A DNA stretch of 64,000 bases from Eledone cirrhosa (Eukaryota). The translations under genes and the position numbers were made by a program. Shown one piece after another: positions 30,560-44,100 of this stretch. The notes below the pieces were generated by a model. The model did no database searches. It saw only the letters and a program-made list of their open reading frames with translations, and was not told the origin of the DNA. The DNA is taken from contig OZ024742.1 in the NCBI GenBank assembly GCA_964016885.1, forward strand, positions 71,238,001 through 71,302,000. The letters are read 5' to 3'. The stretch's first letter is position 1, and each line of letters begins with the position of its first letter.

Positions 30560-31290
30560 ATGGATCCGAAAATATTCAAGAAAATTCTTCTGGATGATCC
30601 TAGTGAATCCGATTATGCCAACTGGAAGAGAATGTTGGCGATCTATTTGGAAAACTTGTCTGTTCCTGACGAAAGTAAGCTGTCAGTCCTTCTGGTTCTT
30701 TGCGGAGCCAATGCTTATACTCTCATTGAAGAAGCAACATCATTCGATGAGGCGTTATCCATTCTTGATAATAAATTTCAAAATGACCCGACATAAACTA
30801 CGCAATAATGACCCGACAAAAAACTACGCAACCATCGTCAACAAGAAGGGCAATCATTGGAGGCCTACATGACTGAATTAAAAGCCCTCACAAAGAAATG
30901 CCCCACTAAACCCCTAACAGAGGAAATGCCCCACTAAACCCCTAACAGGGGAACAACATAGACAATTATTGATTTGTGATGCGTTCGTGTCGGGTGTTCA
31001 ATCTGCCACCATAAAACAACGACTTCTGGAATCACCTGACGAAAATCTAGATAAAATATTCCAAACCGCTCTCACATTAGAACCGGCAATAGAAGACACA
31101 CAAAATCTGTCAACAACAACAATACAACCGCCGTCACAACCCGTATTCGCTGCTTCTTCATCAAAATGTTTCTGGTGTGGTGGTTCATATCACCAAAAAT
31201 CAGAGTGCCCTGCAAAAAATTCAACTTACAATTTCTGCCAAAGAAAGCCCACTGGGCAACAGTATGTTTTGTTAAAAATAAGAAGGTACT
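30560..31290 (+). pseudogene. gag: gag with two CCHC zinc knuckles, frameshifted
   Basis: MDPKIFKKILLDDPSESDYANWKR...RHKLRNHRQQEGQSLEAYMTELK..ICDAFVSG..CFWCGGSYHQKSEC..NFCQ/KKAHWATVC (knuckles 31167-31267; the first Cys of the second knuckle reads Tyr). Disrupted by short duplications at ~30782-30831 and 30895-30948 and an indel near 31240. Confidence 0.9.
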
Positions 31291-31399
31291 AAAGAAGATA
31301 AAACATGCAGCAGTCTTGAATAATAACGAGGGCCCCGATGAAGCCTATGATGGCAGTAACCTTGCTGCCTGTTATAAACTTGCTTCCGTGAATCATAAT

Positions 31400-31700
31400 A
31401 CAAACCTTTTAACAATTTATGACAATTCACATAAAAGAGAAGGTTTACTTGACACAGGCTCAGACAAGTCTTTCATTGACATGAACCTCTTGTCGAAATG
31501 GCAAAGTAAATTCAAGAAAACTAAGAATAAGAGTGTAATTTTAGCCGACAACAGTAAACTCATAATACGAGGTACGTTTGAAACAACATTAGAATGGGAG
31601 GGCTGAGAATACCACATCGATCTAATGGTGGTTGACAAACTCATTGCTCCAGTAGTTATGGGTCTTGATATACTTAAAAGGCATAAGTCTTTAACAATAA
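31400..31700 (+). pseudogene. Retroviral-type aspartic protease domain
   Basis: LLDTGSDKSFI (DTG at 31451-31459) and VVMGLDIL; in-frame TGA at 31604-31606. Confidence 0.9.
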
Positions 31701-31839
31701 AATATGCGGGGGACATGAGACCAGTCACGATATGTATGTCAATGCAAACTCTGAATTATGAAGAATATGATTTAATGCCTGGTTTCGATACTACAAAATT
31801 AAAACCATTATCTATACCTCCTCGAAAATACAATAAAGA

Positions 31840-32460
31840 TCAGCAATTCATTAAAACGGAAATCGACAGAATGCTTAAAGCTGGAATAATTAAACAGAGC
31901 AGAAGCCCATGGAGAACGCAGTGCTTCGTAATAGATCAAGAAAACAAAAAATGTCTTGTCATAGACTACTCAGGCACTATAAATCGTTACACACCATTAG
32001 ATTCATACCCTAATGCCATAATCGAAGACCTACTCAACAAATTTTCAAAACACACGTATTTCTCGAAAATAGATCTAAAGGCGGCTTATCACCAAATACC
32101 CATCAAATCTCCCGACTTTAAGTTGACTGCATTCGAGGCCTGTGGCCGACTATACGAATTTACCCGTCTTCCGTTTGGATGCACAAATGCCGTTCCAATT
32201 TTCCAATGAATAATGGACATTTTCATAGACAATTACAACTTACAAAATACCTACTCATACCTTGACAACATTATTATAGGAGGAGACACAGTTGAACGTA
32301 ACCATAACCTAAAGCAATTCATGAATGCAGCTAACAATGCAGGTATGCAATTGAATCGAGACAAATGCAGCTTTAATCAAAATAGAATACATTTCCTTGG
32401 ACATCTCATAGAAAAAGGTTAATTAAGACTGAACCCTAAAAGGTATAAAGCCCTTATTGA
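31840..32460 (+). pseudogene. pol: Reverse transcriptase domain
   Basis: SPWRTQ, LVIDYS..NRYT, FSKIDLKAAYHQI, TAF...LYEFTRLPFG..NA..FQ, YLDN (32258-32269), KC.F....FLGH; in-frame stops at 32207-32209 and 32420-32422. Confidence 0.95.
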
Positions 32461-32679
32461 CATGCCGTTCCCAAAGACGTTAAAAGAGTTGAACCGGGTA
32501 ATCGGTTGTTTTGCATACTATGCTAAATGGATTAAGGGCTCTTCTAACTTCTCAGTCGTTCTTACAAAGGCAAGAAACACCATTGATAAACAAGGTCTAT
32601 CAAACGAAGAAAAATCTACTATTACTAAGATGAAGGAAGAACTCATAAAAGCATCAATGTGTTCACCCGATTTCACTGC

Positions 32680-33045
32680 ACCATTTATAATCAAAACCGA
32701 CGCATCAGATATTGCCATTGGTGGAACTCTATCACAAAATGGTCGTCCAATTGCTTTTCTTAGTAGAACACTAAATAAGTCAGAAAGAGGACATTCCATC
32801 ATTGAAAAGGAAGCTTGCGCAATTATAGAATGTTGTAGAAAAGGGAGACATATGATCAGCGCTGTTCCACATTGTAATATCATAACAGACCAATGATCGG
32901 TTGCATTTGCGTTCAACAAAAAACACACTTCCAAGATTAAAAATGAGAAGGTAGCCCGCTGGCAACTGGAGTTAAGCGATCTTAACCTTACCTTCTCATA
33001 TAGACCTGGTTCATTAAACCAAGCTGCAGACGCCCTATCGCGCTG
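32680..33045 (+). pseudogene. RNase H domain
   Basis: IKTDASDIAIGGTLSQNGRPIAFLSRTL, EKEACAII, IITDQ*, RWQLEL, YRPG..N..ADALSR; stop at 32894-32896. Confidence 0.92.
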
Positions 33046-33079
33046 CTGCTCTACTGAGACGGAACACAAATTATACAAT

Positions 33080-34187
33080 ATTCACTCACGTCTATGTCAT
33101 CCGGGGGTCACCAGACTTCTACATTATTGTAAATCAATGAACTTGGCATATCCTATTAAGGAAATAAGAGAGGTTATCGCCAATTGCAAAATATGCCGTG
33201 AATGTAAACCACAATTCTATAAACCACCCAAAGGAAGATTAATACATGCCACAAGAACCTGGGAAAGACTAGCAATGGACATTGTGGGTCCCATGGCTAT
33301 CTCAAACGGTTCTCGATTTATGTTAACTATAGTTGACGAGTACTCACGTTTTCTATTCGCCATTCCCTGTAAAGAGATAACAACGGACATAGTAATTAAA
33401 CATCTATTGGAGATATTCTCTATATTTGGAAAACCCAGTTTAATTCATACAGATAGGGGACGTCAATTTGAATCACAAAAACTCAAAGATTTCTTATAAA
33501 AAGCCACACCACGCTATATCGACCCCAAGCCAACGGCCAATGCGAAAGAGTTAACGGCACAATATGCAGAGCGATAAGTCCGACATTGAAGACAAATAAT
33601 CTCAATAAAAATGGAGTAATATGATTCCAATCGCTCTGTCGTCTATCAGAGGATTGCTTTGCACTGCTACAAACGCCACACCACATGAAAGAGTATTTTC
33701 ATTCACCAGATCGACAAACAACGGCACAGAAATACTAGAGTTTCTAAATAAACCGGGCACAATCGTGCTACATCGACATCACATAAGGAATAAAGGTGAT
33801 GATCTCACGGAAAACGTTCAACTCATTGAGACGATCTCACCCCACTTTGCCAAGGTACAATTTAATAGTGGAAGAATAGACACAGTCTCAACTACAAATC
33901 TCGCACCAGCAGCATCACCACAAAACAATGGAAATTCAACAACATCGGAGTGTCAGAATAACAACTCCCCAAAAGGCACCAATTTAACTCAACCAACAGC
34001 AATATCTACACCTGTGGCCGTTGGGAACGAAAGTATGACATCTACCAGCGATAACAATCCTACAGAGAGTGCTGAATTCGACGACGATGAATCTTCTGAC
34101 ACATTCTTAACCTCGAATAACACACCCCAACAACAAAGAACACACCGAGGACGCTTAGTAGTGAGGCCAATACGATACAACGATTAA
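33080..34187 (+). pseudogene. Integrase (HHCC + DDE core) with Ser/Thr/Asn-rich C-terminal tail
   Basis: HSRLCHPG...CKIC; AMDIVGP, IVDEYSRF, IHTDRGRQF; a lesion at ~33497, then PQANGQCERVNGT; ends RGRLVVRPIRYND*. No chromodomain is visible. Confidence 0.92.
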
Positions 34188-34191
34188 CGCT

Positions 34192-34203
34192 AGAGGGAAA
34201 GAA
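34192..34203 (+). promoter_or_regulatory. Polypurine tract
   Basis: AGAGGGAAAGAA directly abuts the 3' LTR. Confidence 0.92.
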
Positions 34204-34397
34204 TGTGATGATATGATTTGTTTTATAGCATCACTTTCTTCTCTTTGATTCGATTCCTTTTTATTCTTATTCGCTGTATTCATTCTGTTCTTGTTTGTTG
34301 TATTGTTAACCCATATTAATTTCTTCTCTTATTGACTCTTTCTATATTATTCTTAGATTGAATAAAAACCTTTGATTTGGTACAAAATAATACAACA
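34204..34397 (+). repeat. 3' LTR (194 bp)
   Basis: TGTGATGATATG...AATACAACA, a direct repeat of 30353-30546. Confidence 0.97.
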
Positions 34398-34402
34398 GTT
34401 AT

Positions 34403-34625
34403 TTATCATAGTCTTAAGTCGATCCATCCTTGTAAGTGAAATTGGGTAGACAGAAACTATTTGGAAGACCATGGAATGGACTATACCTATGATTCAAAAG
34501 GCCAGCCTTATTACACAGTATGTCACACTGAATCTCCCTGAGAATTATATTAATGGTACATGTATTTGTGGAATGCCCAACCACTTGTACATCAATTTCA
34601 TGACCAAATGTGACAGCTGGAGTTC
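34403..34625 (+). mobile_element. 3' continuation of the interrupted SINE
   Basis: ..CCTTGTAAGTGAAATTGGGTAGACAGAAACT..GAAGACC.. and GTCACACTGAATCTCCCTGAGAA.. resemble the body and tail of a common cephalopod-type SINE (recognition from memory, not a database match). Confidence 0.55.
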
Positions 34626-34636
34626 CATTTCATTCT

Positions 34637-34760
34637 CAGTTCAAAATATGCCATTATTAGCTACATCCTAAACAACACAGTCCACAATATACCATTATTA
34701 ACTACATCCTAAGCAAGACAGTCCAAAATAGACCACTGTGAGCTACATCCTAAACAACAA
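34637..34760. repeat. Three-copy 41-bp minisatellite
   Basis: CTACATCCTAA recurs at 34661, 34702 and 34743; unit approximately CAGTCCAAAATATACCATTATTAGCTACATCCTAAACAACA. Confidence 0.85.
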
Positions 34761-35144
34761 ACTTTCAATCCTAGTGCACAACTCACACTATACATTCTGC
34801 ACATTTCAGATGACATATACTGAAGACCATCTTAAAACATACACTCATTAGTCAGTTGCCTGGGGTCTCACAGGGTGTAGGAGCCTATTGTTAATCTGGA
34901 TGTATGTGGTTGTGTAGGTAGGAGCCCCAGCGCATCACTTTGCCCAAAAACCTATAATGCTGTTAAATGGTCTTGTATATACTCTAAATAATTACCACCC
35001 AATATTATAAAATAACCCATACTCTACAAATAGTCAATACATACCCAACACATACTCTATATTTACCCTAAACATACTGTACACATACTGTACACATACT
35101 ATATACATAGCCTACACCATCACCACCTAACACTACATCTAATA

Positions 35145-38100
35145 ACATAACACACTACACACAATACATACCCTACACAATTATCACATAACACACTACA
35201 CACAATACATACCCTACACAATCATCACATGACACACTACACACAATACATACTCTACACAATCATCACATAACACACTACACACAATATATACTCTACA
35301 CAATCATCACATGACACACTACACACACTACACACAATACATACTCTACACAATTATCACATAACACACTACACACAATACATACTCTACACAATCATCA
35401 CATAACACACTACACACAATACATACTCTACACAATTATCACATAACACACTACACACAATACATACTCTACACAATTATCACATAACACACTACACACA
35501 ATACATACTCTACACAATCATTACATAACACACTACACACAATACATACTCTACACAATCATCACATAACACACTACACACAATACATACCCTACACAAT
35601 TATCACATAACACACTACACACAATACATACCCTACACAATCATCACATGACTACACACAATACATACTCTACACAATTATCACATAACACACTACACAC
35701 AATACATACCCTACACAATCATCACATAACACACTACACACAATACATACCCTACACAATCATCACATGACACACTACACACAATACATACTCTACACAA
35801 TTATCACATAATACACTACACACAATACATACTCTACACAATCATCACATAACACACTACACACAATACATACTCTACACGATCATCACATAACACACTA
35901 CACACAATACATACCCTACACAATTATCACCTAACACACTACACACAATACATACCCTACACAATTATCACATAACACACTACACACAATACATACTCTA
36001 CACAATCATCACCTAACACACTACACACAATACATACCCTACACAATTATCACATAACAGACTACACACAATACATACCCTACACAATTATCACATAACA
36101 CACTACACACAATACATACCCTACACAATCATCACATAACACACTACACACAATTATCACATAACACACTACACACAATACATACTCTACACAATCATCA
36201 CATAACACACTACACACAATTATCACATAACACACTACACACAATACATACCCTACACAATCATCACATAACACACTACACACAATTATCACATAACACA
36301 CTACACACAATACATACCCTACACAATTATCACATAACACACTACACACAATACATACCCTACACAATTATCACATAACACACTACACACAATACATATT
36401 CTACACAATTATCACATAACACACTACACACAATACATACTCTACACAATCATCACATAACACACTACACACAATACATACCCTACACAATCATCACATA
36501 ACACACTACACACAATACATACTCTACACAATCATCACATAACACACTACACACAATACATACTCTACACAATTATCACATAACACACTACACACAATAC
36601 ATACTCTACACAATTATCACATAACACACTACACACAATACATACTCTACACAATTATCACATAACACACTACACACAATACATACCCTACACAATTATC
36701 ACATAACACACTACACACAATACATACTCTACACAATCATCGCATAACACACTACACACAATACATACTCTACACAATCATCACATAACACACTACACAC
36801 AATACATACCCTACACAATTATCACATAACACACTACACACAATACCTACCCTACACAATCATCACATGACTACACACAATACATACTCTACACAATTAT
36901 CACATAACACACTACACACAATACATACCCTACACAATCATCACATAACACACTACACACAATACATACCCTACACAATCATCACATGACACACTACACA
37001 CAATACATACTCTACACAATTATCACATAATACACTACACACAATACATACTCTACACAATCATCACATAACACACTACACACAATACATACTCTACACA
37101 ATCATCACATAACACACTACACACAATACATACCCTACACAATTATCACCTAACACACTACACACAATACATACCCTACACAATTATCACATAACACACT
37201 ACACACAATACATACTCTACACAATCATCACATAACACACTACACACAATACATACCCTACACAATTATCACATAACACACTACACACAATACATACCCT
37301 ACACAATCATCACATAACACACTACACACAATTATCACATAACACACTACACACAATACATACTCTACACAATCATCACATAACACACTACACACAATTA
37401 TCACATAACACACTACACACAATACATACCCTACACAATCATCACATAACACACTACACACAATTATCACATAACACACTACACACAATACATACTCTAC
37501 ACAATTATCACATAACACACTACACACAATACATACTCTACACAATCATCACATAACACACTACACACAATACATACCCTACACAATCATCACATAACAC
37601 ACTACACACAATACATACTCTACACAATCATCACATAACACACTACACACAATACATACTCTACACAATTATCACATAACACACTACACACAATACATAC
37701 TCTACACAATTATCACATAACACACTACACACAATACATACCCTACACAATTATCACCTAACACACTACACACAATACATACCCTACACAATCATCACAT
37801 AACACACTACACACAATACATACCCTACACAATTATCACATAACACACTACACACAATACATACCCTACACAATCATCACATAACACACTACACACAATT
37901 ATCACATAACACACTACACACAATACATACTCTACACAATTATCACATAACACACTACACACAATACATACTCTACACAATTATCACATAACACACTACA
38001 CACAATACATACCCTACACAATTATCACATAACACACTACACACAATACATACCCTACACAATTATCACATAACACACTACACACAATACATACCCTACA

Positions 38101-41100
38101 CAATTATCACATAACACACTACACATAATACATACCCTACACAATTATCACATAACACACTACACACAATACATACCCTACACAATTATCACATAACACA
38201 CTACACACGATACATACCCTACACAATTATCACATAACACACTACACACAATACATACTCTACACAATCATCACATAACACACTACACACAATACATACC
38301 CTACACAATTATCACATAACACACTACACACAATACATACCCTACACAATCATCACATAACACACTACACACAATTATCACATAACACACTACACACAAT
38401 ACATACTCTACACAATCATCACATAACACACTACACACAATACATACCCTACACAATTATCACATAACACACTACACACAATACATACTCTACACAATTA
38501 TCACATGACACACTACACACAATACATACTCTACACAATCATCACATAACACACTACACACAATACATACTCTACACAATTATCACATAACACACTACAC
38601 ACAATACATACTCTACACAATTATCACATAACACACTACACACAATACATACTCTACACAATTATCACATAACACACTACACACAATACATACCCTACAC
38701 AATCATCACATAACACACTACACACAATACATACCCTACACAATTATCACATAACACACTACACACAATACATACCCTACACAATCATCATATAACACAC
38801 TACACACAATACATACCCTACACAATCATCACGTAACACACTACACACAATACATACTCTACACAATTATCACATAACACACTACACACAATACATACTC
38901 TACACAATCATCACATGACACACTACACACAATACATACTCTACACAATCATCACATGACACACTACACACAATACATACCTACACAATCATCACATAAC
39001 ACACTACACACAATACATACTCTACACAATTATCACATAACACACTACACACAATACATACCCTACACAATCATCACATAACACACTACACACAATTATC
39101 ACATAACACACTACACACAATACATACTCTACACAATTATCACATAACACACTACACACAATACATACCCTACACAATCATCACATGACACACTACACAC
39201 AATACATACTCTACACAATCATCACATAACACACTACACACAATATATACTCTACACAATCATCACATGACACACTACAAACACTACACACAATACATAC
39301 TCTACACAATTATCACATAACACACTACACACAATACATACCCTACACAATCATCACATGACACACTACACACAATACATACTCTACACAATCATCACAT
39401 AACACACTACACACAATATATACTCTACACAATCATCACATGACACACTACACACACTACACACAATACATACTCTACACAATTATCACATAACACACTA
39501 CACACAATACATACTCTACACAATCATCACATAACACACTACACACAATACATACTCTACACAATCATCACATAACACACTACACACAATACATACTCTA
39601 CACAATTATCACATAACACACTACACACAATACATACTCTACACAATTATCACATAACACACTACACACAATACATACTCTACACAATCATTACATAACA
39701 CACTACACACAATACATACTCTACACAATCATCACATAACACACTACACACAATACATACCCTACACAATTATCACATAACACACTACACACAATACATA
39801 CCCTACACAATCATCACATGACTACACACAATACATACTCTACACAATTATCACATAACACACTACACACAATACATACCCTACACAATCATCACATAAC
39901 ACACTACACACAATACATACCCTACACAATCATCACATGACACACTACACACAATACATACTCTACACAATTATCACATAATACACTACACACAATACAT
40001 ACTCTACACAATCATCACATAACACACTACACACAATACATACTCTACACGATCATCACATAACACACTACACACAATACATACCCTACACAATTATCAC
40101 CTAACACACTACACACAATACATACCCTACACAATTATCACATAACACACTACACACAATACATACTCTACACAATCATCACCTAACACACTACACACAA
40201 TACATACCCTACACAATTATCACATAACAGACTACACACAATACATACCCTACACAATTATCACATAACACACTACACACAATACATACCCTACACAATC
40301 ATCACATAACACACTACACACAATTATCACATAACACACTACACACAATACATACTCTACACAATCATCACATAACACACTACACACAATTATCACATAA
40401 CACACTACACACAATACATACCCTACACAATCATCACATAACACACTACACACAATTATCACATAACACACTACACACAATACATACCCTACACAATTAT
40501 CACATAACACACTACACACAATACATACCCTACACAATTATCACATAACACACTACACACAATACATACTCTACACAATTATCACATAACACACTACACA
40601 CAATACATACTCTACACAATCATCACATAACACACTACACACAATACATACCCTACACAATCATCACATAACACACTACACACAATACATACTCTACACA
40701 ATCATCACATAACACACTACACACAATACATACTCTACACAATTATCACATAACACACTACACACAATACATACTCTACACAATTATCACATAACACACT
40801 ACACACAATACATACTCTACACAATTATCACATAACACACTACACACAATACATACCCTACACAATTATCACATAACACACTACACACAATACATACTCT
40901 ACACAATCATCGCATAACACACTACACACAATACATGCTCTACACAATCATCAGATAACACACTACACACAATACATACCCTACACAATTATCACATAAC
41001 ACACTACACACAATACCTACCCTACACAATCATCACATGACTACACACAATACATACTCTACACAATTATCACATAACACACTACACACAATACATACCC

Positions 41101-44100
41101 TACACAATTATCACATAACACACTACACACAATACATACCTTACACAATCATCACATAACACACTACACACAATACATACCCTACACAATCATCACATAA
41201 CACACTACACACAATACATACCCTACACAATTATCACATAACACACTACACACAATACATACCCTACACATTTATCACATAACACACTACACACAATACA
41301 TACTCTACACAATTATCACATAACACACTACACACAATACATACCCTACACAATTATCACATAACACACTACACACAATACATACTCTACACAATTATCA
41401 CATAACACACTACACACAATACATACCCTACACAATTATCACATAACACACTACACACAATACATACCCTACACAATTATCACATAACACACTACACACA
41501 ATACATACCCTACACAATCATCACATAACACACTACACACAATACATACCCTACACAATCATCACATAACACACTACACACAATACATACCCTACACAAT
41601 CATCACGTAACACACTACACACAATACATACCCTACACAATCATCACATAACACGCTACACACAATACGTACTCTACACAATCATCACATGACACACTAC
41701 ACACAATACATACTCTACACAATTATCACATAACACACTACACACAATACATACCCTACACAATCATCACATAACACACTACACACAATACATACTCTAC
41801 ACAATTATCACATAACACACTACACACAATACATACCCTACACAATTATCACATAACACACTACACACAATACATACCCTACACAATCATCACATAACAC
41901 ACTACACACAATACATACCCTACACAATTATCACATAACACACTACACACAATACATACCCTACACAATCATCACATAACACACTACACACAATACATAC
42001 CCTACACAATTATCACATAACACACTACACATAATACATACCCTACACAATTATCACATAACACACTACACACAATACATACTCTACACAATTATCACAT
42101 AACACACTACACACAATACATACCCTACACAATCATCACATAACACACTACACACAATACATACTCTACACAATTATCACATAACACACTACACACAATA
42201 CATACCCTACACAATTATCACATAACACACTACACACAATACATACCCTACACAATTATCACATAACACACTACACACAATACATACCCTACACAATTAT
42301 AACATAACACACTACACACAATACATACTCTACACAATTATCACATAACACACTACACACAATACATACCCTACACAATCATCACATAACACACTACACA
42401 CAATACATACCCTACACAATCATCACATGACACACTACACACAATACATACCCTACACAATCATCACATAACACACTACACGCAATTATCACATAACACA
42501 CTACACACAATACATACTCTACACGATTATCACATAACACACTACACACAATACATACCCTACACAATTATCACATAACACACTACACACAATACATACC
42601 CTACACAATCATCACATAACACACTACACACAATTATCACATAACACACTACACACAATACATACTCTACACAATTATCACGTAACACACTACACACAAT
42701 ACATACTCTACACAATTATCACATAACACACTACACACAATACATACCCTACACAATCATCACATAACACACTACACACAATTATCACATAACACACTAC
42801 ACACAATACATACTCTACACAATTATCACATAACATACTACACACAATACATACTCTACACAATTATCACATAACACACTACACACAATACATACTCTAC
42901 ACAATTATCACATAACACACTACACACAATACATACTCTACACAATTATCACATAACTCACTACACACAATACATACTCTACACAATTATCACATAACAC
43001 ACTACACACAATACATACTCTACACAATTATCACATAACACACTACACACAATACATACTCTACACAATTATCACATAACACACTACACACAATACATAC
43101 CCTACACAATCATCACATAACACACTACACACAATTATCACATAACACACTACACACAATACATACTCTACACAATTATCACATAACACACTACACACAA
43201 TACATACCCTACACAATTATCACATAACACACTACACACAATACATACCCTACACAATTATCACATAACACACTACACACAATACATACCCTACACAATT
43301 ATCACATAACACACTACACACAATACATACCCTACACAATCATCACATAACACACTACACACAATACATACCCTACACAATCATCACATAACACACTACA
43401 CACAATACATACCCTACACAATCATCATGTAACACACTACACACAATACATACTCTACACAATTATCACATAACACACTACACACAATACATACTCTACA
43501 CAATTATCACATAACACACTACACACAATACATACCCTACACAATTATCACATAACACACTACACACAATACATACCCTACACAATTATCACATAACACA
43601 CTACACACAATACATACCCTACACAATCATCACATAACACACTACACACAATACATACTCTACACAATTATCACATAACACACTACACACAATACATACT
43701 CTACACAATTATCACATAACACACTACACACAATACATACTCTACACAATTATCACATAACACACTACACACCCTACACAATCATCACGTAACACACTAC
43801 ACACAATACATACCCTACACAATTATCACATAACACACTACACACAATACATACTCTACACAATTATCACATAACACACTACACACAATACATACCCTAC
43901 ACAATCATCACATAACACACTACACACAATACATACCCTACACAATTATCACATAACACACTACACACAATACATACCCTACACAATCATCACGTAACAC
44001 ACTACACACAATACATACTCTACACAATCATCACATAACACACTACACACAATACATACTCTACACAATTATCACGTAACACACTACACACAATACATAC

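Larger units (their letters stand above)
30353..34397 (+). mobile_element. Full-length Ty3/gypsy (Metaviridae) LTR retrotransposon, 4,045 bp, coding-defective
   Basis: Two 194-bp TGT..ACA LTRs, 5-bp TSD, PPT, and gag(2x CCHC)-PR-RT-RNaseH-IN domain order. Confidence 0.97.

Noticed and set aside
30561-30575. TGGATCCGAAAAT as a tRNA PBS
   Set aside because: It is 14 nt away from the LTR end and overlaps the gag ATG; tRNA PBSs normally start within a few nt of the LTR. A tRNA scan would settle it.
31417-34180. Antisense ORFs within the retrotransposon (31417-31728, 32518-33078, 33483-33686, 33989-34180)
   Set aside because: Shadows of the pol frame with no recognisable motifs.
33750-34187. env or chromodomain after integrase
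   Set aside because: Only a low-complexity S/T/N tail; no transmembrane segment or aromatic-cage motif.
34845-34975. GC-richer MITE-like fragment
   Set aside because: No paired TIRs or TSD could be identified.
36080-40537. Three Cys-rich 95-aa metallothionein-like ORFs
   Set aside because: Produced by the 41+25=66-bp satellite alternation; no ATG start or gene context.
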